Source: Deltaproteobacteria bacterium (GTDB lineage Bacteria > Desulfobacterota > WTBG01 > CAIYCZ01 > CAIRTM01). From it: a stretch of 64,000 nt of DNA. Positions 1 to 11,395 of the stretch are shown here, one piece after another. The stretch is taken from contig JAJRXD010000013.1 of the NCBI GenBank assembly GCA_024276465.1, forward strand, positions 47,390-111,389, given 5' to 3'. Within the stretch, counting starts at the first letter, position 1, and each line of letters opens with the position of its first letter. The notes under the pieces were generated by a model, which saw only the letters and a program-made list of their open reading frames with translations, was not told where the DNA came from and did no database searches. The translations under genes were made by a program, and so were the position numbers.

Positions 1-336
1 GCAGTGCTTGGTGCAATTGGCCTGGGTGACATTGGCAGACATTTCCCTGATACAGACAGCAGTTTTAAGGATATGTCAAGTCTGAAAATTCTTGACAGGG
101 TTCAGGAGATGGCAAGGCAAAGGGGTTTTTCCTGTATTAATGTTGATGCAGTTGTCGTGGCACAGAAACCGAGGCTGTCAGAATATATGGACACTATGAA
201 ATTGAACATAGCAAAACACCTTAAAATCAAAAGCTGTGACATTAACATTAAAGCAACAACAACAGAAGGGCTTGGCTTTGAGGGAAGACATGAAGGAATA
301 TCTGCCCGGGCAGTTGTGCTGATGAAACAGCAGTGA
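1..336 (+). CDS. ispF: 2-C-methyl-D-erythritol 2,4-cyclodiphosphate synthase, C-terminal part (5' end lies outside the window)
   Basis: Translation LGAIGLGDIGRHFPDTDSSFKD...ATTTEGLGFEGR matches the conserved IspF C-terminal region. The ORF runs off the window start. Confidence 0.85.
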   Translation, partial: AVLGAIGLGDIGRHFPDTDSSFKDMSSLKILDRVQEMARQRGFSCINVDAVVVAQKPRLSEYMDTMKLNIAKHLKIKSCDINIKATTTEGLGFEGRHEGISARAVVLMKQQ

Positions 337-360
337 CCTGATTTTTCAAGGAACAGAAAC

Positions 361-1833
361 ATGGCCATAACAATTTATAACACAATGAAAAAAAAGAAGG
401 AACTGTTTACCCCCCTGCAGGAGGGTAAAGTCGGCATGTATGCCTGTGGAGTGACGGTTTATGATTTGTCCCATATCGGACACGCAAGGGCAATGGTGGT
501 TTTTGATGTTATTCAGCGTTATTTGAAATATCGCGGATATGATGTTACCTATGTCCGGAACTACACGGACATAGATGATAAAATCATTAACAGAGCAAAT
601 GAAGAGGGAGTTCCTTTTAATGTAATTTCCGAGCGCTATATAGAAGAATTTGATGCTGACATGGAATCACTTGGGGTTGAAAAACCTGCTTACACCCCAC
701 GGGCCACACATCATATCAGGGAAATGACAGATATGATTCAGGTTCTTCTGGAGAAGGGGAAGGCTTATGAGGTTGAGGGAGATGTTTACTTTAATGTAAG
801 GCAATTTTCAGACTATGGAAAACTGTCAGGAAAAGACATTGACGGCCTTCTGTCCGGTGCCAGAGTGGAAATAGATGACAGAAAACAGAGCCCTCTTGAT
901 TTTGCCCTCTGGAAAAAAAGCAAGGATGGTGAGCCATCCTGGGAGAGCCCCTGGGGAAAAGGAAGGCCTGGCTGGCACATAGAATGCTCTGCAATGAGCT
1001 GTAAATATCTTGGCGAAACATTTGATATTCATGGGGGGGGCATGGATCTTATATTTCCTCACCATGAAAATGAAATTGCCCAGGCAGAATGTTCTACAGG
1101 CAAACAGTTTGTCAGATACTGGATGCATAACGGGTTTGTAAATATTGACAGGGAAAAGATGTCCAAGTCTTTAAAGAATTTCCTTACAATTCGTGAAGTG
1201 CTTAAGGATTATCATCCTGAAGTAATGCGGCTTTTCCTTCTTTCAAATCATTACCGGAGTCCTGTGGACTTTTCCCGGCAGAACCTGATTGAGACCAGGT
1301 CCGGAATGGACAGGTTTTATGCTCTGCTTAATGAACTTGAGGATGCAGACAGGTTTTCAGGTGATGCGGGAGAAGATGAGGCTGAAAAAGGGGCAAGGGA
1401 AGAGCTGACAGCATTTCCGGACAGGTTTAAAGGTGCCATGGATGATGATTTTAATACAGCTGCTGCAATCGGGATCCTTTATACACTTACAAAAACACTT
1501 AACAGGCTTGTTGACAGAAAAAAAAAGAATCTCTTATTTAACTTTTCACGGGATTTAGCTCTTCAGGCGCAAAATGTTTTCAGGGAAGCTGGAAATGTTC
1601 TTGGTCTTTTCCAGGAAGCACCTTCTGAGTATTTTGAAAAGCAGAAAAAAAACAGTATTGCATCTTCAGGTATTAATGAAAAAGAGATAGAAAAACTCAT
1701 TGCAGAAAGAATAAAGGCAAGAAACGGGAAAGACTGGAAAAGGGCTGATGAAATCAGAAACAGCCTTGCGGAAAAGGGTGTTATTCTGAAAGATAGTCCA
1801 AACGGTACAGAATGGAGCTTTAAAAACAAGTGA
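361..1833 (+). CDS. cysS: cysteine--tRNA ligase
   Basis: 490 aa. Class I aaRS HIGH motif (SHIGHARA) and KMSKS motif (KMSKSLKNF). Zinc-binding Cys and WHIECS region typical of CysRS. Confidence 0.95.
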   Translation: MAITIYNTMKKKKELFTPLQEGKVGMYACGVTVYDLSHIGHARAMVVFDVIQRYLKYRGYDVTYVRNYTDIDDKIINRANEEGVPFNVISERYIEEFDADMESLGVEKPAYTPRATHHIREMTDMIQVLLEKGKAYEVEGDVYFNVRQFSDYGKLSGKDIDGLLSGARVEIDDRKQSPLDFALWKKSKDGEPSWESPWGKGRPGWHIECSAMSCKYLGETFDIHGGGMDLIFPHHENEIAQAECSTGKQFVRYWMHNGFVNIDREKMSKSLKNFLTIREVLKDYHPEVMRLFLLSNHYRSPVDFSRQNLIETRSGMDRFYALLNELEDADRFSGDAGEDEAEKGAREELTAFPDRFKGAMDDDFNTAAAIGILYTLTKTLNRLVDRKKKNLLFNFSRDLALQAQNVFREAGNVLGLFQEAPSEYFEKQKKNSIASSGINEKEIEKLIAERIKARNGKDWKRADEIRNSLAEKGVILKDSPNGTEWSFKNK

Positions 1834-1873
1834 TAGTTGACTGCTTCATGATTGGGGAGAACCCCGGTAAAAT

Positions 1874-3871
1874 ATGCACTTTAAAATTACATCTGATTAT
1901 GTCCCTAAGGGGGATCAGCCCCAGGCTATTGAAAAACTGACCAATGGTGTTTTAAGCGGGAAAAAAAATCAGGTCCTTCTCGGGGTGACCGGTTCAGGAA
2001 AGACCTTTACCATGGCCAATGTCATCCGGAATCTGCAAAAACCCACCCTGATCATTGCACCTAACAAAACCCTTGCTGCCCAGCTTTATGGTGAATTCAA
2101 GACTCTCTTCCCCTGCAATGCAGTTGAATACTTTGTCAGCTATTATGACTATTACCAGCCAGAGGCTTATATGCCTGTCTCAGACACCTATATTGAGAAA
2201 GACTCATCCATTAATGAAGAGATAGACCGTCTGCGTCATTCTGCCACATCTTCTCTGCTCCAGCGCCGTGACGTCATTGTTGTTGCCAGTGTCTCATGCA
2301 TATATGGTTTAGGCTCGCCCGGGGATTATGAACAGATGCTTGTACTGATTAAAAACAGAGCAGATATTTCAAGGGATGAGCTTCTTTCAAAACTGGTTGA
2401 GATTCAGTATGAGAGAAATGATCTGGATTTTCACAGGGGCACGTTCAGGGTCAGGGGAGATATTGTTGAAATTTTTCCATCATATGAAGAGAACAGAGCA
2501 ATCAGAGTTGAATTTTTTGGTGATACTGTGGATTTGATAAACGAAGTCGATTCCATAAGCGGGAATGTCATACGGCAGTTAAAGCATATCCACATATATC
2601 CAAACAGCCACTATGTAACAACCCGCGATAACATGAAAAGAGCACTGGGAGATATTATGGAGGAACTCAGGGAGCGCATAGAGTTTTTTGAGTCACACTC
2701 CAAACTTCTTGAAGCACAGAGAATAAGGGAGCGAACGAATTTTGATCTTGAGATGCTTGAAACAATGGGCTACTGCAGCGGCATTGAAAATTACTCAAGG
2801 CATCTTGACGGAAGAAAACAGGGGGAGCCCCCATATGTGCTGCTTAATTACTTTCCTGATGATTTCCTTTTAATAATTGATGAGAGTCATATATCAATTC
2901 CCCAGGTTAGAGGTATGTACAATGGTGACCGTTCCCGAAAGCAAACCCTTGTGGATTTTGGTTTCAGACTTCCGTCAGCTCTTGACAACCGCCCCCTCAC
3001 ATTTGAAGAGTTTGAAAAGACTATAAACCACGTAATTTATGTTTCAGCAACCCCTGCTGAATTTGAGTTGAATAAATCCGGGGGCGAAGTGGTGGAACAG
3101 GTTATCCGGCCCACCGGGCTTATGGATCCATCCATACAGGTCCGGCCTGTATCTGGCCAGGTAGATGACCTTCTGGGGGAAATAGGAAAGCAGGTTGAAA
3201 AAAAAGACAGGACACTTGTAACCACCCTTACAAAAAGAATGTCTGAAGACCTGACAGAATATTACAGGGAACTTGGGGTACGGGTTGAATATCTTCACTC
3301 TGAAATTGATACCCTTGAAAGGATTGAAATTCTAAGGAACCTCAGGCTTGGTAAGTTTGATGTGCTTATCGGCATAAACCTTCTAAGAGAGGGCCTTGAT
3401 CTGCCGGAGGTCTCTCTGGTGGCAATACTTGATGCAGACAAGGAGGGCTTTCTGCGCTCAGAGCGATCCCTTATTCAGACCTGTGGAAGAACAGCACGCC
3501 ATGTGGACGGGCGTGTAATTCTATATGCCGATATCATGACTAAAAGTATTAAAAATACTATTAAGGAAACCAGAAGGAGAAGAAAAATACAGGCTGAATT
3601 TAACAGACAGAATAATATAACTCCTGAATCCGTTAAAAAAAATATTACAAATGTAATGGATACAGTTTATGAAAAGGACTATGTTACTGTACCCCTGGCT
3701 GCAGAGACAAGTGCACTGTACTGCGCTGGAAAAGATCTGAAAAAAGAGATCAGGAAACTCAAAAAAGAGATGACAGAGGCTGCAGGACTTCTTGATTTTG
3801 AGAGGGCAGCAGAACTGAGGGACCGCATATATCAAATTGAAAGGGCAGAACTGGGATTATCTGATACGTAA
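1874..3871 (+). CDS. uvrB: excinuclease ABC subunit B
   Basis: 665 aa. Walker [11 protein letters not shown], helicase motifs, C-terminal UVR domain ([14 protein letters not shown]). Confidence 0.95.
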   Translation: MHFKITSDYVPKGDQPQAIEKLTNGVLSGKKNQVLLGVTGSGKTFTMANVIRNLQKPTLIIAPNKTLAAQLYGEFKTLFPCNAVEYFVSYYDYYQPEAYMPVSDTYIEKDSSINEEIDRLRHSATSSLLQRRDVIVVASVSCIYGLGSPGDYEQMLVLIKNRADISRDELLSKLVEIQYERNDLDFHRGTFRVRGDIVEIFPSYEENRAIRVEFFGDTVDLINEVDSISGNVIRQLKHIHIYPNSHYVTTRDNMKRALGDIMEELRERIEFFESHSKLLEAQRIRERTNFDLEMLETMGYCSGIENYSRHLDGRKQGEPPYVLLNYFPDDFLLIIDESHISIPQVRGMYNGDRSRKQTLVDFGFRLPSALDNRPLTFEEFEKTINHVIYVSATPAEFELNKSGGEVVEQVIRPTGLMDPSIQVRPVSGQVDDLLGEIGKQVEKKDRTLVTTLTKRMSEDLTEYYRELGVRVEYLHSEIDTLERIEILRNLRLGKFDVLIGINLLREGLDLPEVSLVAILDADKEGFLRSERSLIQTCGRTARHVDGRVILYADIMTKSIKNTIKETRRRRKIQAEFNRQNNITPESVKKNITNVMDTVYEKDYVTVPLAAETSALYCAGKDLKKEIRKLKKEMTEAAGLLDFERAAELRDRIYQIERAELGLSDT

Positions 3872-3903
3872 GCTTCACCAGCAGGTTCTTTCAGAGCCCT
3901 TTT

Positions 3904-5043
3904 TTACCGGACAGATTCAAGAGCTGACTCAATTTCCCTCCTGACATCTTTATTTTTTTCCTCTGTTAGTGATGATTTCAGAATATCTGCAGCTGTATTT
4001 CCCCCGATTCTACCCACAGCCCATGCAGCATATCCCCGTACTGCATCATCACCCCTGTCAAGTACTTTTGACAAAACTTTCAACGACCTTTCTTCCCTGA
4101 AATTGCCAAGACTTATGGCAGCATTTCTTTGCAGGTATTTTTTATCCATAAGAAAAAATCCCATAAGTGTATTGGCATAGCCATTGTCCCATTCTTCATC
4201 TGTCATTTCAAATATGTTCAGCAGGGAAGGATGCAGGAGTTCTGTTGATGGTTTGAAACCTTCTATTGGTTTCAGTTTTCTGTTTTTCGGGCAGGCATCT
4301 CTGCAGACAGTACAACCCTCTCCAAGCAGATTGCTGCATTTTTCCCTGACTTCACTGGGCATGTTTTTTTTGTTATGTCCCAGATTAAAATCAACACACC
4401 TGGCAGGATCACACCTGTAAGGTGAATAAATAGCACCTGTAGGGCATGCTTTCATGCACAGGTCACAGTTGCCGCAATCCCCTTCAATGGGTGCATCAGG
4501 CTCAAGGTCCGCATCAGTTACATAGGCCATAAGCGATATCCATGATCCAAAATCAGGATGCTGTATGACACTGTTTTTTCCATAAAATCCTATTCCGCAT
4601 TTTGATGCTGCCAGTTTGATGGGATACTGTGTGCCCACAATTGAAAAACACTGAAATCCCCTGCTTGTAAAAAAATTGCCAAGCTGGAATCCTTTTTCCA
4701 TATAATGCTGTGACAGTTCAATGTTCACATGTGTTGGTTCTGTCCTGCCCAGAAGCTTTTCGCGGCATTCTTCAAAACCTGCAATCCTGCCGGGATACCC
4801 CGGAATGCCTGCCACGATAACAGAGCGGGCTTCCGTAAGATAATCTGCTGGTTTCATTAACGAACCTGCTCCTTCTGCAAGTGGCGTGGATCTGGCAAAC
4901 AGTTCCAGTACAGTGGTGATTCTTTTTACATCCTCTTCAGGAAAGTCCTCAGGTGGAAGAACACCAACAAGTGGTATTTGCAGTTCATCATGCACAAATT
5001 GAACAAATTCATCTTTCAGGGACATAACTTTCTCCTTTTCCAA
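3904..5043 (-). CDS. queG: tRNA epoxyqueuosine reductase
   Basis: 379 aa. Two 4Fe-4S ferredoxin-type Cys clusters (CGNCDLCMKACP, CTVCRDACP) followed by C-terminal HEAT/PBS-type repeats. Same length and architecture as QueG. Confidence 0.7.
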   Translation of the reverse strand: MEKEKVMSLKDEFVQFVHDELQIPLVGVLPPEDFPEEDVKRITTVLELFARSTPLAEGAGSLMKPADYLTEARSVIVAGIPGYPGRIAGFEECREKLLGRTEPTHVNIELSQHYMEKGFQLGNFFTSRGFQCFSIVGTQYPIKLAASKCGIGFYGKNSVIQHPDFGSWISLMAYVTDADLEPDAPIEGDCGNCDLCMKACPTGAIYSPYRCDPARCVDFNLGHNKKNMPSEVREKCSNLLGEGCTVCRDACPKNRKLKPIEGFKPSTELLHPSLLNIFEMTDEEWDNGYANTLMGFFLMDKKYLQRNAAISLGNFREERSLKVLSKVLDRGDDAVRGYAAWAVGRIGGNTAADILKSSLTEEKNKDVRREIESALESVR

Positions 5044-5107
5044 GATTTGTATTTTATTTGCTTATACTTTATTATATCATATTAGTAATATAAGAAGGGA
5101 GAAAACA

Positions 5108-5842
5108 ATGAAAAATAACACTCTTAAAATCATTCCGACGGTTCTTTCATATCTTCTGATTTTAAATGTTTGTCCTGTGTCATCTGATTCGGGAAAAGAT
5201 CCTTTTTTCAAATCACGCCACGATATGGTGGAAAATGATTTGAAAGCTCGCGATATAAATGACCCCGCTGTTTTAAAGGCCATGGAAAAGGTGAAAAGGC
5301 ACATTTTTGTTGATAAAAGCATGCAGGGATCAGCATATGGGGACTATCCTATGCCCATAGGGCAGAGACAGACGATTTCCCAACCCTATATTGTAGCCCT
5401 TATGACACAAAGCCTCCGGTTAACAAAGAAAGACAATGTGCTGGAAATCGGAACCGGTTCAGGATATCAGGCAGCGGTTCTTGCTGAAATTGTCAATCAT
5501 GTATATTCCATAGAGATCAAGCCTGAACTTGCCCATAAAGCAAAAAAACTTCTTAAGTCTCTTGGATACAAAAATATAACTGTAAAGGCCGGGGACGGGT
5601 TTTACGGATGGAAAGAACATGCACCTTTTGATGCTATTATACTTACCTGTTCTGTAGAAGAGATTCCATTGCCTCTTGCAGGACAGCTGAAAGACGGGGG
5701 GAAAATAATTATGCCTCTTGGAGAAAAATTCTGGATACAGAGCCTTGTCATAGGGACTAAAAAGGGTGAAGATATTGAAATTAAAAATCTGATTCCTGTG
5801 AGGTTTGTTCCCATGACAGGGAAAGCTGAACAAAAAAAGTAG
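5108..5842 (+). CDS. pcm: protein-L-isoaspartate O-methyltransferase with N-terminal signal peptide
   Basis: 244 aa. SAM-binding motif VLEIGTGSGYQAAVLAEI and PCMT family similarity. Hydrophobic N-terminus. Confidence 0.85.
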   Translation: MKNNTLKIIPTVLSYLLILNVCPVSSDSGKDPFFKSRHDMVENDLKARDINDPAVLKAMEKVKRHIFVDKSMQGSAYGDYPMPIGQRQTISQPYIVALMTQSLRLTKKDNVLEIGTGSGYQAAVLAEIVNHVYSIEIKPELAHKAKKLLKSLGYKNITVKAGDGFYGWKEHAPFDAIILTCSVEEIPLPLAGQLKDGGKIIMPLGEKFWIQSLVIGTKKGEDIEIKNLIPVRFVPMTGKAEQKK

Positions 5843-5866
5843 AGACGCAAAATTTTGCGTCTCTAC
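5839..5866. terminator. bidirectional rho-independent terminator (28-bp perfect palindrome)
   Basis: gtagagacgcaaaattttgcgtctctac lies between the convergent pcm (+) and PBP (-) genes and is preceded by an A-run. Confidence 0.7.
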
Positions 5867-5896
5867 TAATCAAGATGATGCCTGTTGATCCAACTG

Positions 5897-7909
5897 TTAA
5901 TTGACCTGATCCTGTTTGTTTTGATAGGACTGCAGGTATGATGTGGGCAAAGTGCCTTCTTTAAAACATTCAAATATTATCTTATCGTCTTTTGTAGCAG
6001 GGAAATAACCTGTGTCAGGGTTTATTCTGACAAAAACAATGCCTTCAGGCACATTGAATGTCTGAACAGGCTTATTTGTCAAAACCTTCTGCATAAAATC
6101 AAGCCAGATCGGGCCTGCAGCCACGGCCCCTGTTTCATGCTTGCCCAGTGATTTGAGATCATCAAATCCCACCCATACCCCTGCAACAAGCTGTGGTGTG
6201 AATCCTATAAACCATGCATCCCGAACCTCATTAGTTGTCCCTGTTTTTCCCGCACATGGCCGGCTGAGTGCCCTGACCCTTCTGCCTGTTCCTTCCTCAA
6301 CCACACTTTGCAGTAAGGTCGTCATAATGTAGGCAGTTTGAGGGCTGACAGCAGAACTCAGGCTGGGACGGTTTTCTTTGATAATATTTCCATCTCTGTC
6401 AATGATCCTGGTTATGAAAATTGGTTCTGCATAAACTCCCTGAGCGCAAAACGTTGAAAAAGCCTTAACCATATTCAGAAGTGATACACCGCAGGTTCCC
6501 AGGGCAAGTGACAGATCGTGGTTGAACTCTCCGGTCACGCCAAGCTGTCCGGCGTATCTGACAACATAATCCACACCGATGTTCCGGAGGATTTTTATGG
6601 TTACAATATTCCGGGATTGTGTCAGAGCCTTTCTTAATGTGATTGGACCTGTAAAAGCCTTGTCATAGTTATGCGGTTCCCAGAACTTATTGTTTTCTCC
6701 ATCGCTGACATCGAAAACAATCGGGGCATCAATAATTATGCTTGAAGGAGTATATCCTTTATCCAGGGCAGCTGCATAAATGATAGGCTTGAAAGCAGAG
6801 CCTGGCTGCCGTCTTGCCTGAATAGCCCTGTTGAACTGACTTTCCTTGAAATTTCTGCCGCCAACCATTGCTTTTACATAACCGGAATATGGATCCATGG
6901 ATATCAGTGCTGCCTGTACACGGGAATTGTTGTCTGAAACACCTTCCCTCTTTTCATATGCTTTAACTCCGGCTGCAACAGCGCCCTGAGCTGTGATCTG
7001 CATGGATAAATCCAGAGTTGTTTCTATGCGCAGCCCTTCTTTATATAAATAATCAGCCCCGTATTCCCTCTCTATTGTTCTGCGAATGTGTTCAGCAAAA
7101 TAAGGGGCCATGGATCTGTTTATGTTTTTAGATTCAGCAAAAGTCAGGGGTTCTTTTTCAGCTTCCCTCTTTTCAGCAGAGGTTAAATAACCCTGTTGAA
7201 CCATTCTTGCCAGAACATAGTTCTGGCGCTGCTTTGCTCTTTGCAGATTGCGAAAAGGAGAGTAATAGTTGGGGGCTTTAGGCAATCCTGCCAGCAAAGA
7301 AGCCTCAGCAGTTGAGAGCTCAGATGAGGATTTTCCAAAATAAACACGGGAAGCAGCTTCGATACCATATGCTCCATGGCCAAAATAGATCTGGTTAAGG
7401 TACAAGGCCAGAATATCATCCTTTGATAAATATTTTTCAATCCTTGTGGCAAGAATTGCTTCTTTAATCTTTCTGGAAAAACTCCTTTCAGGTGTTAAAA
7501 GCAAAGATTTAACTATCTGCTGAGTTATAGTGCTCCCACCCTGTTTGATTTCAAATGATCTTATGTTTTTTAAGGCAGCCCGAAAAATGCTCCAGAGGTT
7601 TATGCCTTTGTGTTTAAAAAACCTGTCATCTTCTGCTGCAATAATTGCTTCAATAAGCACTGTGGAAACATCTGAAAGCGGTACAATATATCTCCTCTCA
7701 AGATAAAATTCACCTATGAGCTTCCCCCTGCTGGAATATACCTCAGTAACAACGGATGGCCGGTAATCTTTCAGGGATTCTATGCGGGGCAGACTGTAAC
7801 TGAAGTAAAAATAGAGGGCTAAAACGCAGAATATTGGCAGAAAAACAATTAAGGTTAAAACTGTTGCAGAGAAAAAATTTTTTTTATTATTTTTCTTTTT
7901 TACAGCCAT
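5897..7909 (-). CDS. mrcA: penicillin-binding protein 1A family (bifunctional glycosyltransferase/transpeptidase)
   Basis: 670 aa. N-terminal TM, GT51 motifs (EDDRFFKHKGIN, RGGSTITQQ) and transpeptidase motifs (SAFKP, KTGTT). Confidence 0.9.
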   Translation of the reverse strand: MAVKKKNNKKNFFSATVLTLIVFLPIFCVLALYFYFSYSLPRIESLKDYRPSVVTEVYSSRGKLIGEFYLERRYIVPLSDVSTVLIEAIIAAEDDRFFKHKGINLWSIFRAALKNIRSFEIKQGGSTITQQIVKSLLLTPERSFSRKIKEAILATRIEKYLSKDDILALYLNQIYFGHGAYGIEAASRVYFGKSSSELSTAEASLLAGLPKAPNYYSPFRNLQRAKQRQNYVLARMVQQGYLTSAEKREAEKEPLTFAESKNINRSMAPYFAEHIRRTIEREYGADYLYKEGLRIETTLDLSMQITAQGAVAAGVKAYEKREGVSDNNSRVQAALISMDPYSGYVKAMVGGRNFKESQFNRAIQARRQPGSAFKPIIYAAALDKGYTPSSIIIDAPIVFDVSDGENNKFWEPHNYDKAFTGPITLRKALTQSRNIVTIKILRNIGVDYVVRYAGQLGVTGEFNHDLSLALGTCGVSLLNMVKAFSTFCAQGVYAEPIFITRIIDRDGNIIKENRPSLSSAVSPQTAYIMTTLLQSVVEEGTGRRVRALSRPCAGKTGTTNEVRDAWFIGFTPQLVAGVWVGFDDLKSLGKHETGAVAAGPIWLDFMQKVLTNKPVQTFNVPEGIVFVRINPDTGYFPATKDDKIIFECFKEGTLPTSYLQSYQNKQDQVN

Positions 7910-7921
7910 AGTGGATTATGC

Positions 7922-8314
7922 TTAAAAAAAAACAGCCAGTTCAAAGGCATTTTCAATTAAATTAACGTTGTACCCCTTGCCTGAAAACTGTATCGCTACA
8001 ATGTCAAACCTGGCAGCCCTGTCTTCCAATTTATATCGCTGAATAAATTCCAATGCAACCCAGCTGATTTTTTTTTGCTTTTTGGACTGGACAGCTTCCT
8101 GTGGCAAACCATATGCTTCTGAACTTCTTGTTTTTACTTCGATAAAGGCAAGAGTTTTTTTGTGTTGCGCAATTATATCGATTTCACCAAACTTGCACCT
8201 GTAGTTTCTGAACAATATTTTATACCGGTTTTTTTTGAGAAAGTTAACTGCAATCTCTTCTCCCCTCTCCCCCAGGCTTTTGCTTTTTTCAGTCATAAAA
8301 AAGTGGAGCTGCAC
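7922..8314 (-). CDS. yraN: YraN family (UPF0102) putative endonuclease
   Basis: 130 aa. GEEIAVNFLKKNRYKILFRNYRCKFGEIDIIA matches the YraN family. Confidence 0.8.
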   Translation of the reverse strand: MQLHFFMTEKSKSLGERGEEIAVNFLKKNRYKILFRNYRCKFGEIDIIAQHKKTLAFIEVKTRSSEAYGLPQEAVQSKKQKKISWVALEFIQRYKLEDRAARFDIVAIQFSGKGYNVNLIENAFELAVFF

Positions 8315-8440
8315 GCTTGCCCGGAAAGCATTCGGGACAGGCGCTCCCGGTAAATAATAGTTTAGTTATATTATGATTTGTGTTGCCCCACACTGCCTGC
8401 AAAGCAAGGCCGGGTCAAATTGCCTCAACAGAAGCAGCGG

Positions 8441-9058
8441 TCAAAGCGCTTGTTTAAAACTTTTTCTATGAATTGGGCAGTGTCCGTAAACTGTCAATGC
8501 CCGCACATGTTCAGGGGTTCCGTATCCCTTATGCTTTGCAAAGTTGTACTGGGGATAAATGGTATGGTATTTTTTCATGATTGAATCCCTTACCACTTTT
8601 GCCATTATGGACGCAGCTGCAATTGCAAGGCTCATTGTGTCGCCTTTTTTAATAGGTGTCTGTGGTATTTTGGTAGGAATAGCGTGAGGGCCGTCAACAA
8701 TTATGTAATCAGGCTTAACACACAGGGTCTCGACAGCCTTTTTCATGGCCATGAGACTGGCCTGAAGAATGTTTATGCGATCAATTTCATCAGGCTCAAC
8801 AAGTGCCCAGCTCCAGGCCATGGCATTTTCTTTTATTACAGGATAAAGAGTGACCCTTTTATTTTCAGTCAGTTTTTTTGAATCGTTTATTTCCAGATTG
8901 CACCAGTGCCGTGGCAGGATAACTGCTGCTGCTACCACGGGCCCTGCCAGGGGACCTCTTCCCGCTTCATCAACTCCTGCAACATGTGTATATCCATCAT
9001 TTCGAAGCAGTTCTTCAGGCTGATTTTCTTTAAGTGGCAGCGAGAATAAGCTTTCCAT
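8441..9058 (-). CDS. rnhB: ribonuclease HII
   Basis: 205 aa. GVDEAGRGPLAGPVV active-site motif. Confidence 0.95.
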   Translation of the reverse strand: MESLFSLPLKENQPEELLRNDGYTHVAGVDEAGRGPLAGPVVAAAVILPRHWCNLEINDSKKLTENKRVTLYPVIKENAMAWSWALVEPDEIDRINILQASLMAMKKAVETLCVKPDYIIVDGPHAIPTKIPQTPIKKGDTMSLAIAAASIMAKVVRDSIMKKYHTIYPQYNFAKHKGYGTPEHVRALTVYGHCPIHRKSFKQAL

Positions 9059-9071
9059 ATGGTATAAAAAA

Positions 9072-9419
9072 TTAATTATACCTGTTAGTCTTGACTCTGG
9101 CAGCTTTACCTCTTAATTTGCGCAGATAATAAAGCCTGGACCTTCTGACAATTCCTCTTTCTACAACCTCGATCTTTTCAATTGCAGGAGAGTGGAGTGG
9201 GAAAATTTTTTCTACCCCGATTCCATACGAAATTTTTCTGACAGTAAAGCTTGAACTCATTCCGCCTTTTCGTTTTGCTATAACAATACCTTGAAAAATC
9301 TGAATTCTTTCCTTTTCACCCTCTCTGATCTTCACATGTACCTTCACCGTGTCTCCAGAACGGAACTGAGGGATATCAATGCGCATATGCTCTTTTTCCA
9401 TTCTGTCAATTATATTCAT
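9072..9419 (-). CDS. rplS: 50S ribosomal protein L19
   Basis: 115 aa. Conserved L19 sequence. Lies in the rpsP-trmD-rplS operon context. Confidence 0.95.
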   Translation of the reverse strand: MNIIDRMEKEHMRIDIPQFRSGDTVKVHVKIREGEKERIQIFQGIVIAKRKGGMSSSFTVRKISYGIGVEKIFPLHSPAIEKIEVVERGIVRRSRLYYLRKLRGKAARVKTNRYN

Positions 9420-10164
9420 TGTTAAGCTCCAATCTTTCGGTTTTTTTTATTTTATTAATAATTTCACACTCTTCTTTATCGAGAGCAGCCTTTTTTAAAA
9501 GATCCGGCCTTCGCCGGAGAGTTTTTTTTATTGCCTCTGCCTTTCTCCATTGTTTAACTTTTTTGTGGTCCCCTGAGATGAGGACATCAGGAACCGCAAA
9601 TTTACGAAACTTTGATGGCCGTGTATATTGAGGATATTTCAGCAGGCTGTTTGAAAAGGTATCTTCAAGAACACAGGCCCTGTCACCCACAACTCCGGGA
9701 ACAAGGCGTGCTATTGAATCAACAATCAGCAAAGCAGGTATTTCGCCGCCGGTAAGGACATAATCACCTACAGATATCTCCTCGTCCACAAAACAAAGCA
9801 CCCGTTCATCCACACCCTCATACCTCCCGCAAATAATTAAAACCTGATCGTAAATACTCAAACTTTGTGCTGTTTCCTGATCAAAGACAGTACCCTGAGG
9901 TGTGGTAAGTATAGTACGGGTTTTTTTTGAGGCTGCTTTTACAGCCTCAACAGCTTTTACAATTGGTTCAACTTTCATAACCATCCCGGCCCCGCCACCA
10001 TAGGGGCTGTCGTCTGCGGTCCTATGTTTGTCCTGCGTGTAATCCCGCAGATTATGAACTTTTATATTAATTAACCCCTTTTGTTGCGCCTTTTTGATTA
10101 TGCTCTCTTGTAAAGGTGATTCAAAAATTCGGGGAAAAAGGGTGATTATGTCAAATTGAACCAT
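9406..10164 (-). CDS. trmD: tRNA (guanine37-N1)-methyltransferase
   Basis: 252 aa. [19 protein letters not shown]-terminus and SPOUT fold motifs. Confidence 0.95.
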   Translation of the reverse strand: MVQFDIITLFPRIFESPLQESIIKKAQQKGLINIKVHNLRDYTQDKHRTADDSPYGGGAGMVMKVEPIVKAVEAVKAASKKTRTILTTPQGTVFDQETAQSLSIYDQVLIICGRYEGVDERVLCFVDEEISVGDYVLTGGEIPALLIVDSIARLVPGVVGDRACVLEDTFSNSLLKYPQYTRPSKFRKFAVPDVLISGDHKKVKQWRKAEAIKKTLRRRPDLLKKAALDKEECEIINKIKKTERLELNNEYN

Positions 10165-10198
10165 AAAAAGATGGTTTTTTGTATGCTGTTAAAACAGA

Positions 10199-10459
10199 CT
10201 ATTCCACAATCTCAAGAACAGATCTTTTTCTTAGTTTAGCTGAAGCCGCAGACAGAATTGTTCTGATAGACTGAGCAGTCCTTCCGTGTTTACCAATTAT
10301 CTTTCCCAAATCATCTTTTGCAACTCTTAATTCAATCACTGAAGTCTGTTCCCCCTCAATTTCACTGACTGAAACGTCATCCGGGTTATCAACAAGCGCC
10401 TGAGCAATGAATTTTACTAAGTCTTTCATAATAGCCTCCATCTGAAGATTAATTAGCAC
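10199..10459 (-). CDS. KH-domain RNA-binding protein (UPF0109/YlqC-like)
   Basis: [24 protein letters not shown] motif. Lies between rpsP and trmD. True start is probably the internal MKDLV. Confidence 0.85.
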   Translation of the reverse strand: MLINLQMEAIMKDLVKFIAQALVDNPDDVSVSEIEGEQTSVIELRVAKDDLGKIIGKHGRTAQSIRTILSAASAKLRKRSVLEIVE

Positions 10460-10508
10460 TTTTTACTGCCAAAACCAATTCATGCAATACTAAAAACCTG
10501 AAGTCTGT

Positions 10509-10757
10509 TTATCCCTTAAAAACACCCCCTTTTTTTAAAATCTGGCCTGCTGATTGAGTTGGCTGAGCACCCTTTTTCAACCACGCTAAAGCTTTTTCTT
10601 TCTCAATGTTTATTTTTGCAGGATCGCTGCATGGATCATATGTCCCTATCCTTTCCAGAAACCTTCCATCTCTCGGGGAAGTATCTTTTGTGACCACTAT
10701 TCTGTAGAAAGGCTTCTTTTTTTTTCCATACCTGGCAAGTCGAATTTTAACAGACAT
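10509..10757 (-). CDS. rpsP: 30S ribosomal protein S16
   Basis: 82 aa. MSVKIRLARYGKKKKPFYRIVV. Confidence 0.95.
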   Translation of the reverse strand: MSVKIRLARYGKKKKPFYRIVVTKDTSPRDGRFLERIGTYDPCSDPAKINIEKEKALAWLKKGAQPTQSAGQILKKGGVFKG

Positions 10758-10972
10758 TTTTTAGGTTTCTCCTGAAGTCAGTTTTTTTAAAAAACAGATG
10801 CTTTTTCCAGCAATTACGAGTTTACCCTCTTTTTACAAACAGCAAATATTTTAGTCTATATTAAATAACAGTACTTTGTCAAGAGGAATTATGCTAAAAA
10901 TACCTTGAAAACCACAAAACCGTGTGCTAACTTTTTTAATCATCGTTCTATTTATATAGAAAAAAACATTGG

Positions 10973-11395
10973 ATGGCAATAAAAACCTCAACTATTCAGG
11001 TAAATACTTCCGGCTCAACTGACATTATTGATATAACCACCCAGGTGGAATCAATCGTATCTCAATCCCCGGTTCAGAATGGTATCATGCTTCTTTTTAT
11101 AGCGGGCTCAACTGCTGCATTAACGACCATTGAATTTGAAAGCGGAGCAGTAAATGATCTGAAAAAAGCAATTGAAAAAATCGCCCCTCAAAATATTTCC
11201 TATGAACATGACAAAAGGTGGGGGGATGGCAATGGATATGCCCATGTCAGAGCAGCGCTGATAGGACCGTCACTTTCTATTCCCCTGTTTAAGGGGAGTC
11301 TTCTTATGGGGACCTGGCAGCAGATCGTGCTTTGCGATTTTGACAATCGTCCAAGGATACGGGAAATAATAGTTCAGGTTCATTCTCCGGAATAA
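10973..11395 (+). CDS. yjbQ: YjbQ family (UPF0047) secondary thiamine-phosphate synthase-like protein
   Basis: 140 aa. YjbQ family sequence similarity along the full length. Confidence 0.75.
   Translation: MAIKTSTIQVNTSGSTDIIDITTQVESIVSQSPVQNGIMLLFIAGSTAALTTIEFESGAVNDLKKAIEKIAPQNISYEHDKRWGDGNGYAHVRAALIGPSLSIPLFKGSLLMGTWQQIVLCDFDNRPRIREIIVQVHSPE

Noticed and set aside
10760-10972. TPP riboswitch upstream of yjbQ
   Set aside because: The conserved CUGAGA / ACCUGAUCUGGAUAAUGCCAGCG elements are absent.
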